A stretch of DNA of 64,000 nucleotides from Vicugna vicugna (Eukaryota), in NCBI GenBank assembly GCA_013265495.1, contig MU058844.1, forward strand, positions 8,121,260-8,185,259, read 5' to 3'. Below, piece after piece: positions 13,164-22,535 of the stretch. How positions within the stretch are numbered: the first letter of the stretch is position 1; each line of letters starts with the position of its first letter. The notes below the pieces were generated by a model. That model searched no databases. It had not been told where the DNA came from and saw only the letters and a list, made by a program, of their open reading frames with translations. A program made the position numbers and the translations under genes.

Positions 13164-13768
13164 TGTGGTCAAAAACCAAAAAACTTCACAGCTTTCTCAA
13201 GGGAAGTATCCAAAACTATTAGGTAGTTGGATAAGTGGGGGCACCGGGCAGACAGATGGAGGAGAGGGAGGATGGTCCAGAAGATGGCCTTGTGCCCACC
13301 TCCCGCAGGCACAGTAAAGGGACTTTTCTAAACGAGCGCCAGCAAGAAACCGGTTAGAACCAGACAGCCATGACTACATGGTAGCAGAAAGGACTTAACC
13401 AGACATGACCCAATGTTCATTGTATTATAATTAACATTGTGGTTAAGTTCCCCCCACCATGGGTTTTTCTGTGTACACCACGCGTAAGGACATGCGCAAA
13501 GGGGCCAAACATGACTAAGCATTCCGGGGACAAGAGCCATTCATCGATTGAGACCACCTCTAAGGGAGGTTATAGAGAAAGGGGGCACAAAAACCACTGC
13601 TTTTTCCCCTTGGCTCAGCCCATCTCCCATTCTTGGAGGTGTACTTTTCTTTTCCTAAATAAATCCTTTAAAATCTCTCATTACACAACGCACCATCTCC
13701 CGACTATAACCTTAACTTTTGGGTATGACAAGAATTGGGGTCTTTTTCTCTTTCCTTTTGAGATAACA
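13164..13768 (+). mobile_element. ERV1-like solo LTR
   Basis: TG...CA termini (TGTGGTCAAAAA / TTTTGAGATAACA), GC-richer than flanks, TATA-like TTATAGA near 13570, AATAAA near 13658, U5-like GACAAGAA tail. Confidence 0.65.
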
Positions 13769-14689
13769 AAATCATAATCCCTTGCTTAAGAGTGTCCAAA
13801 AGGATGGAAGACAGGTTGAGGTTTGCAAACAATGACCAAGTTCAGTCCTTACACTTACAGTCAAAGCAAGGGTCAGTTTATTGTGAGGGAGGGAGGATGG
13901 GGCAATGAGAAGAGGTTTTTCAAGATGCTTTTGTCCACCCTATGCCTCCTCTTAACTCACTAGCAGAAAACTACTCAGTTCTCTTTAAATATATGGAATC
14001 TGAATGTGCCTATGTGACCTTCAAACAACATTGCGCTGGAAAGCAGTAAGGGAATACAGACGAACAAATACTAAGTCCTGAGGCAAAGGTCTTAATTGGC
14101 CTCAGGGCAGGACTTATAATAGCCACTTTCTGTTTTGACTCTTCTATTCTTACAAATGACAACAATAAAGAAAAGGTGAATGTGATTCATTGTTCAAAAA
14201 TGTGAGTTCCTAGTGCACTTCAGAAGGGGTTGTCTTCTAAAGTCAGCTCAGGAAAAGTAATCTGAATAAATGGCAGAGGATTTCCTCTTCACAGAGTCTA
14301 GCATCTAACTCTATTATCAGCTGTATTATTTTTTCAAACACATATTATAGGCAATTCATTGGATTACTGGGAATTGGGGCTGAAATAAAGAATGAATAAA
14401 AATAAATCAATGATAAAGAGGAATATTCTTTACAAGGCAGAATTGTCCTTCTACCCTGCTTGGCAATCATGAAAATAAGTTAAGAAACCCAAGAAATAAA
14501 ATCATCAGTGACTGCAACCCAGGTTAGTTGGGAAAGGTCAGAGAGGACACTTCCACCTACTAGAGATCAAAAAGTAACTTATTTTAAATTCTCTTTGAAG
14601 AGGAACACATTTGCTTTTTAAAAGGTGCCAAGGGGCCAAGCAAGGGGATGATTTAGTAATCCAATGCCCAAGCCCCGACAATCACTTAC

Positions 14690-15260
14690 TTTGTAAATGG
14701 TGGGTAGGATCTGGTTCATTTTCAGCCGGTGGAAGACAAAGACATCATAAACCGCTGAGACGGCAAGGACAGTCACTCCCTGTTCCTTCCACAACATGCT
14801 GCATCCGGCACACAGTCCCGTCCCCAGGAACCAGCCCCAGGTCCTGGCTGAGTAGCCTCTTGTTGAACAGTGTTTCACGTAGCAGAGCAAGGAGAGGAGG
14901 AAGAAGAGACTAGCCCCAACGTCAGCCCGTCCGACGATACCGGCCACGGCCTCCGTGTGAATGGGATGAGAGGCGAACATCACGCCAGCCAGGACAGTCC
15001 AGTATCCGTCCCCCAGGAGTATCTTGGAGAAGCTGGTGAAGAGACCAGTGACAGCCGCGTGCAGTAGGACATTGACCAGATGGTAGCTCCAGGGATTCAG
15101 CCCTCCGATGGCATGGTTCAGGCGAAAAGAGAGAGTACAGAGGGGCCGGTAGGACTTGTGGCTGCCGCTGTGGGTTAGGAGAGTCCCCCAGAAATCATTG
15201 TAGAAAATGTGGGTCCATGGAGTTTCTGGGAGGAGGTCCTGATTAGTCTTGATAGCGCGG
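14690..15260 (-). CDS. TMTC2: Internal coding exon (exon 2) of protein O-mannosyltransferase TMTC2 (transmembrane and TPR repeat-containing protein 2), N-terminal GT-C membrane region
   Basis: Translation (S)RAIKTNQDLLPETPWTHIFYNDFWGTLLTHSGSHKSYRPLCTLSFRLNH...HPIHTEAVAGIVGRAD...KEQGVT...ILPTIYK carries TMTC-family motifs and matches recalled TMTC2. Minus-strand acceptor TTTTGTCTTTTAG|C at 15261/15260; donor AAA|GTAAGT at 14690/14689; length 571 nt, phase 2 to phase 0. Confidence 0.97.
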
Positions 15261-15300
15261 CTAAAAGACAAAACGTTAAAAAAGAGATCAAATGTAAAAT
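15261..15300 (-). promoter_or_regulatory. 3' splice site: polypyrimidine tract and candidate branch point
   Basis: Minus strand reads ATTTTACATTTGATCTCTTTTTTAACGTTTTGTCTTTTAG immediately before the exon. Confidence 0.85.
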
Positions 15301-15571
15301 GCAGAAAGGAAAAAAATAAGGAGGAAAATACATCGCTAAAATAGACTGCTAAAATACTGCCTTCTTTTGTAGTGCTGTCGGCATGTGGGTTTATGATGGG
15401 ATTCCGGGTATATGTGATGAATGCTGGTGAGGCTCAGAGAAGGCATTACATAGACACTGAATTCAGCTCCTTAATGCTCACTAGCATCACAATTAAAGCT
15501 GTATTTCTTTTCCTCAAAAGCTTTCTTCTTTGAATGCAAATACCTCTGAAGAATAAATGCAAAGTTTCTAT

Positions 15572-15900
15572 CAGTGGTTAAAGCCTCATAAAGCAGTGGC
15601 CACACAACTGCCCTCATACAGCATGTTGGCTAAAAATGCAGATTTCAGGCCCAAGGTTGACAGGAGGCCTGGGAATATGCATTTTTAAGAAGCAAAGTCC
15701 CAGGTGACACTGGTGCAGGGGACACACTTAGAGCAAGGACTAGCTCCCCTACTAGAAATAAATTCTAGATAGAGTATCAGTGCCCAGAGCAATGCTTGCT
15801 ATACATGCAAACCACCTGGGGATCTGGTTAACTAGCAGGTAGGTAAAGGTTCTAATTCAGCAGGCCTGGGGAGGAGCCCAAGATTCCATGTTTCTGACAC
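15572..15900. mobile_element. Two MER5-type (hAT-Charlie) MITE relics
   Basis: AAAATGCAGATTTCAGGCCC...GGCCTGGGAATATGCATTTTTAA...CCCAGGTGA, and CACCTGGGGATCTGGTTAA...TTCTAATTCAGCAGGCCTGGGG..GAGCCCAAGATTC. Confidence 0.7.
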
Positions 15901-16269
15901 CTGGAATTGTTCATTTACCTTCTATGTAGAAAAGCAAAGAACATGGCTTTGCAGGTACAAGAGTGTTCTGATGACCTAGTGCAAAGGATATCTTGGCCCA
16001 GTTAGCTGTTGCTGTTATTAATCTACAAAGACTGAGGTGTAACCTACAAAAAGTCCCTTATTAAATTCAGCTTGACCCACAATCTCTGAAATTAGATCCA
16101 TCTGGGGACTGAAATTAACACAGATATCAACATGCATTAATAGCAGTAGATTGCCTACTCTGCCAAACACTATGCACTGTATATCCTTTCACATATATTA
16201 TCTACTTATGAGAAGTAGCTGATTTTTTTTTAAGATGCATAGTAAAAAGGCAGAGGTCTGTTAAAAGTC

Positions 16270-16775
16270 ACATCTCACAAAATACTGAATGTAACAGACT
16301 CCAGTTCTCCAACGTTTATATTTTCCTTTCCCCATACACATAGATCTTCAGTTTTTAGCTGAGTACATGGTCACCTGGAAAAAAATTTTCATTTCCTATC
16401 TTTCCTTGCTGCCAAATATATGGTCGTGCAACTAATATTTGGCCAGTGAAACATAAGCAGAGTGCTATGTACTACTTCTAAAATGTATTCTTAAAAGGAA
16501 AAATCTTAGCATTCTTCCTTCCTCCACCCTTATGCCTTGTCTTGCTGGAACACAGATGTAATAGCTGGAGTCCAGGCAGCCACTCTGGTCCATAAAGTGT
16601 CCTTAGGAACAGAAGTCATGCCAGCAGAGCAATGAGACTGGAGGAAATTGAGTCTCTGTCACAGGAGACCATACCAGCCCTGGGCTAACTATGTAAGTAT
16701 AAGAAATGAACTGCTCTCTTGTTTAAGCTGCAATACTTTGGGTGTCAGCTAGTGGCAGCTGAACCTACTCATCAG
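16270..16775 (+). mobile_element. MaLR LTR (MLT1J-like)
   Basis: TTTAGCTGAGTACATGG...CATTTCC...GGCCAGTGAAACATAAGCAGA...GCTGGAGTCCAGGCAGCCA...TTGTTTAAGC. Confidence 0.75.
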
Positions 16776-18590
16776 TGAAATCCTTTGTTAACAGAAGACC
16801 TACTATATCACAGTGCTTTGATTTTCCAGTTTGATTTTGATTTTTACAAGTCTCCGTGTATTGACTGTGTATTAAATGAATTTCCATATAAATTGGCTTT
16901 TAAAATATTAGAAACAGATGTTATTCTGGATCCATTAAATTAAAACACCCTGTTATGACATTCATCAAGAGTCTAACCCAGAAGTAATTGCTAAAGACTT
17001 GATGGGTTATAATTAAAATTTTAAAGAAATATGAAAAACTGCCAAACAGTGTTGTCAGAGAGAGCTGGTTTCAAGCCATTGAGAATGAAAAGCCAACTGG
17101 CCTCTACTAAACACTAACCTAGATAGTGATGTGAATTTCTGTAATATCAATGCAGAAACACTCGTGCTATCAGTCAGGGCAGCAGAAAGCTCAACAGCAA
17201 AGTATTGTGGGAGGTGGCTTTGCTAATTTCACAAGGAAAGCTGGGAAGCATGTTTTGTTTAGGACAGTATTTCACCCTTTCAGTGGCAGATCCATTTGGA
17301 AGGAGAAGCATGTCCCTAAACCAAGTTTTCTACATGCTATTAGTTCAGCTCCATAACCAACTCTATAGACTTTTTGAGGGAAAGGAAAAAAAAACAAAAC
17401 AAAACCATGCACTCTTTTAAAAATCTGTTCAAAGCCGCCAGAGTTTCTTATATTCATAGTAATAAATCTAGTAATCTACAGCAGCCAACAAGATGTACTA
17501 TAAGCCTAACTGTCACAAAACAAGGACTTCAACACAAAGAACAAAACTAACACATCGCATCGTTTCCCTGGGAGAAAAAACTTTGATGAGGCACAGCCCT
17601 AAATTTACACTGTAGAAGAAAAAAATTTCAAGGCAAACAGTATTAATAAAACAAAAGTAGAAAAGCAAAAGTAAACATCTCACCCGTGTTGAAAACATAT
17701 TCCAGTAAGGGAGACTTTGGTCTGATAAAATGCTGTGACGGGTGTTATCTGATTAGGCAGGTTTTTGTGTATCCCATGAACGTCACGGCAGAACATGAAA
17801 TAAATCGCACTGGGCTTTAGTACATAAGTCATGTCACACGTGCAAGTCCGTGAAAGGAGATGCACTATGTATCCTTTACATATTAAGAAAGATACGGATG
17901 CAAAGGGATTTAATGGAATCTTAATAATCTGAATAACCCAGCAAAAGAAGTAGTAAAGGTAGTCGTTCAACACTAAACATAATAGATTTTCATCCGTTTG
18001 CATTTCCTTACACAAATCCAAAATGGAAAGAGTGAACCCTCTTCAGCTATCTCTCAGCTAATGAAAACGCTCAACTCAAAACAAAATTTCATGCTGACAG
18101 AATTTCTGAGGTAACTTCTGTGAAGACACTAAGGAGTTAGGAAACGTTCCACTTCAGGAAAGGTGAGCAAGTAAAAGCAGCAGATGCGAAAAAGAAACAA
18201 TCAGAGGCAGAATTCTCCTGAGAACACCACCCACCAAGAGACTGTCTTTTGAAGCAAAAAGATCCAGTCTCTCAAGTCTTCAGGGAGGTCTTAACCTGTT
18301 TGCAGTTTCATTCATTTGTGGCTCTTTGTTTTCGCTGCCGTGTGATTTTTCCTCTAAAAAAAACGTTGACAAAGGCCAGCACTATTGTAAAACTGACGAA
18401 TGATCTGACACTGCCCCCTCACCAGCCTTGTGCGTGTTCCTCTCACTGCAACTTCTTCTGTCCGTTGACCTTTTCAGTCACAGCACATAAATGATGACCC
18501 TGAGTCCTTCAGGGCAGGAATGATGCTTCAATTCTCCAGACATCAAATGACACACACTCCCCAAGGGCTTACAATTGTTCTACTGAAGAG

Positions 18591-18884
18591 TGTCAGCCGA
18601 GGGGGGCTGGAGAGGGATTCGAGAAGGTGAGCTGCCCAACTGGAAAAATGCGCGAGGAGTCGACTTGGAGCGAAACAGCACTTTATTCTAGTACAAGATG
18701 GCGCGCGCGGGCGGCGCTCAGGTGTACACACTTATCCTTTTATAATGCTAGTGGCGCATGCGTGGTGGTCATAATGGGGGGTAAACACGCTGCTGGCGCA
18801 TGCGTACATTTACCCCTTACCAGGTGCAAGCTATTGTGAACTTTGGCCTGGGCCCCACAGCCTACTCACTTAAGGCTGCTGACA
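18591..18884 (-). mobile_element. Young CpG-rich solo LTR-like element (possibly ERVK/betaretrovirus class); boundaries uncertain
   Basis: Minus-strand order U3 motifs, TATAAAA (18744-18738), GCGCC start, AATAAA (18687-18682); 17 CpGs in 18598-18804; TGTCAGC/GCTGACA inverted ends or an alternative TGTGGGG start at 18859; no perfect TSD found. Confidence 0.65.
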
Positions 18885-18925
18885 GTAAGTAAAAGCCAAT
18901 GTTTATATTATAAAAACAAAATTCC

Positions 18926-19017
18926 TTTTTTTTTTTAATACAGAGGTACTGGAAATTGAACCCAGGACCTCGTGCATACTAAGCAGACATTTCTGCCATT
19001 GAGGTATACCCTCCCCC
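18926..19017 (-). mobile_element. Vic-1-type SINE
   Basis: Poly-T followed by GAGGTACTGGAAATTGAACCCAGGACCTCGTGCATACTAAGCA...TATACCCTCCCC. Confidence 0.9.
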
Positions 19018-19234
19018 AATCCCAAAAAAAATTTTTTAAGTGATGAGTTCAAATTTGTTCTGTAGGAGAAAAAAGAGAGAATGGTCTTTGTTAACGTATC
19101 CTGTTTCAGTGCTACCCAAGCACGCCTACCTATGCCGAGGAAGGGCAATGTAATGCAGCGGTTGAGAAAACTGATTCTGGAACCAAATGGACCAGCCCAG
19201 TCTAAGAGACAGTGGACAGAGTGACTCCACCTCT

Positions 19235-19400
19235 CCATACCTCAGTTTTCTCATCTGCAAAATAAGGATGAGAACTGTGCTTGCTTTACAGGATCATTTT
19301 GAGGAGTAAATGAGTTAGTAAGCAAAAAGCACATTGTTATATATAATATGTGTATATGTTATATTTGTAACATGTTAGCTGTTATCATTGTATTATTGTT
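19235..19400 (+). mobile_element. MIR relic
   Basis: CCTCAGTTTTCTCATCTGCAAAATAAGGATGA...GAGGAGTAAATGAGTTA. Confidence 0.75.
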
Positions 19401-19854
19401 ACTACCATCAACACCAAACAACCAGTGTTGGCCATCAATGCAAACACTGTGCTCTTTCATCACCTTTACAGCCTTTAAAGTCTAGGTATCGTGGTCATGA
19501 ATATTCCACTTAAAATTCCTTTAAGCTTTATTGACACTCTCAGCACAAAGTAATACACATTTAGGAAAGTCTTACCTTTGTTCTTTAACACATTACTCTT
19601 TCCGTTCCCCTTCTATCTTTTTGACTACCTCTTCCCAACTCTCCTTGGCTGGCATCTCCTTCAGAGGTTTCTCCCAAATGTGGATGTTTCACTCCTGGTC
19701 CTGTCTCCTGACTTGTCTACACTTTCCAGCTCTGTGGTCATCATCTCTGACACCTGCAACTCAAGAGCTGCTTTCTACTTCACTGCCTCCATCCTGGGTG
19801 TTGCTCATAAGCCTACAGTTCTATTTCCCCAGGTGATATCCATACCTGAATGAT

Positions 19855-20035
19855 GAAATCCTGGCTCCACAACTAACAGCAGGTGTGTTACCTTCGGCCA
19901 GTTAGTCTCTCTAAAGCGCAGCTACCTTACCTATGGTTAGTAGACAGTAATAATGCTTCTCACAAGCTGTTGTGTTGAAGATCAAATGAGGCAATGTCAG
20001 CTTGAATGTATGAAAATTACAGAGCCTGATGTCAT
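19855..20035 (+). mobile_element. MIR relic
   Basis: AAATCCTGGCTCCACAACTAACAGC...TGTGTTACCTT...GTTGTGTTGAAGATCAAATGAG. Confidence 0.65.
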
Positions 20036-20069
20036 AGACTGTTTTTTTCAGCCCTCTTCTTCTAGTTAA

Positions 20070-20528
20070 CAGTGTCCTGTTTTTCCTTTTGAGAACAGGC
20101 CACATCCACCCTCAGTCCATGTGAAAAGAATGAGGCTATTGTCCTCACCTCCTGATGAAAGGTCATCATATGATTTGGCCAATGAGGGTACTGTATCGCC
20201 CCATCCTCATTCCCGGCCACAACAACTGACTTACCAACCCAGCTCAAAGTCAACACAGCTCCAATAATCTACTGGGAAAGGACATCTTCATTTGAGAATA
20301 AGATGAAATCCTAGAGCTGCTAAAGGATTCTCTGAAGACAGAGCAGAAGAATGAACCCAACATACACACAAAATCCAGATCAAGGAGACAAAGAGGCAGC
20401 TCTGAGTGCAGCTGGATCCCATCACGCCTGAATCTATCACTGTTAAATAAGCCAGTAAATGCCCTTTACTCATATATTAGTTCAAACTGTTATTCTGACA
20501 TCTGCAACTGAAAGTGCTCAATAAAATA
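20070..20528 (+). mobile_element. MaLR LTR (MLT1K/L-like)
   Basis: CTCAGTCCATGTG...GGCCAAT...AGCCAGTAAATGCCCTTT...TTCTGACATCTGCAACTGAAAG. Confidence 0.6.
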
Positions 20529-21619
20529 GTACTGTGTTATCATCAAGTAAGACTGTTAGTTGTCCTTTCAGTATCTTCAGTTTAGTAAGAATGAATCCAA
20601 ATAATTTTCCTCACAAACCATCTCCTTTTCATCCAAGCCCCTCATTAAGTGCCATCATTTTCCCACCACTGACATCCAGGCTGTACATGAGGGGTCCTCC
20701 TCTTTTTGCTCCTACATCTATTTTCAAGCTAGGTAAGGCTATTTAAGTGCTGTTCAGGACCTCAGAGAAAAATCCAACTCACAAGTCTCCCTTGAATCCG
20801 CCTCTAACTTCTCTTTCCTCCTATCCTCATTCAGACTTCCATTATTTCCTACCTCTACTGCTTAGTATGCTTCCTAAAAGTGCCTGTTTATTTTTCTCTT
20901 TCCTTCATTAGGCTCCAAGTCCCCTCTTGGAAGGAGTATGTTTTCTCCCGGTGCCCCACACGTCTGAGGCACAATAAATATTTGTTAAACTGAACTACAT
21001 GGTCCTCCCTGCTGGCTTTTACTCCTCCTTGGATCCATTACACATGCTGTGGATAGAGAAACTTCCTGAAATAAAACTCCTGAAATATACCTGTAGCACC
21101 ATCACTCTGCGTCACACAAATCCTTCATCATGCCCTATGTCTTACCATAATAAATGCCCTGCCCGGTCCAGCATTCACAACCATCTCTGCTATGATTTCT
21201 AGGCCAGTCTCCCATTATTTCTCCATTTGTATCTTCTTAATGTCAACCAAACTTCCCAGCTTCTCGGTCTTGACTCAAATCATTTTTTCCCTTCCTCTGC
21301 CTGGATTGCTGTCCTTCAACCAGTTGCATCTGTCCAAATATGCTCCAATCACCAATGCTTCTTTGTGATGCCAAAGTCTTCCCAAATGTCTTTCCTAGTT
21401 ATTTTTGCAGACAGGCTGGATTTTGACAATGAGCAATGACACATTATAACACTGACTTCTTCTGACAATCATCACGGATCTTAAATGAGATGATACGCGG
21501 AAGACATTTCAGGAGGATGAGGAAATGTTAAGCATTGAAATGGGGGTACAAGTGATTCCTTTTCTAGCCCCTATTGAAAAATCACAGTCCAATAAAATGG
21601 ACTGATTCTGCCTTAAGAA

Positions 21620-22030
21620 AATTATTCACTCATTCATTCATTCAGTGATGGGCGAGACACTATAAAGAGCCCTGCAGATAGAATGGTGAGCAAAACAGAT
21701 TCACTGACTTTGAGAAATAGCCTAGGAGAGGAGGCAAAGATGTGTACAAGGCAATTTCACTGCAGGATGATAAATACTCTAGCATGAAGTTCTGATTGCT
21801 GTGGGCGAACAGGACAGACTTCCAACAGTCTTTGTGAGTCAAGAGCTTCTTGGAAGAAAGCACATCTCCATACACGGGAGTTAAACAAAGTAGTAAAGGA
21901 GTTAGGATGTTGCCAGACATGTTGCCAGTCAATTTTTTTCAAAGACCATGAGGCAGGAGAGAAGTGGTGAGCTTGGGATCCGAAAAAGTACAATAGGCTG
22001 GTTTGGCTGGAGTGAAGTTTGAGGGATGCA
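21620..22030 (-). mobile_element. L2 relic
   Basis: TTCACTCATTCATTCATTCA tail and GGCTGGTTTGGCTGGAGTG body. Confidence 0.5.
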
Positions 22031-22358
22031 GTGGCAGGAATCACTGGCATTACTCTGTCTTGTACCATGTCCTTCATGGGACGGAGGGAAATTTGGAGGG
22101 ACATTAATCTCCCCAACGGTGTTCAGGTCTGACTTGGCTACGATCTTGTTACAATCTGCTTTATCTCCCCAGTGCACTGTTAACTTCTAAGAAATAGAAA
22201 AGCATCTCATTTATCTTTTGGATCCTTGCACATGTAGGCCTTCAAAATAAATTGTTTTGGGTTTTTCTTCATTTTTGTAGTTAATGTTTTTTTTTTCTGG
22301 TACTTTTTTTTATTGAAGTATAGGTGAAATAAAAGTATGATGAAAGAGAAGTATGTTG

Positions 22359-22535
22359 AAAATAGATAAACAACAAGGTCCTATTGTATGGCAGAGGGAA
22401 TGATGTTCAACACCCTGTAGTAGCTTACAATGAGAAAGAATGTAAAAAAAAAAAATACATAAATATATATATAAAACAATCACTATGCTGTACACCAGAA
22501 ACTAACACAACATTGTAAACTGACTATACTTCTAT
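22359..22535 (+). mobile_element. 5'-truncated L1 3' UTR
   Basis: AAAATAGATAAACAACAAGGTCCTATTGTATGGCA...CACCAGAAACTAACACAACATTGTAAACTGACTATACTTC. Confidence 0.88.

Noticed and set aside
13877..13882. Minus-strand AATAAA as the end of an intron-retaining TMTC2 isoform
   Set aside because: The hexamer is very common in AT-rich introns and nothing else supports it.
14611..15067. Plus-strand ORFs of 100 aa and 65 aa
   Set aside because: Antisense shadows of the GC-rich coding exon with no recognisable homology.
14618..15271. 217-aa ORF as a standalone gene or retrogene
   Set aside because: Its start lies in the polypyrimidine tract and the last 23 aa (VSDC...GTF) are read-through past a canonical GTAAGT donor; it is an internal exon.
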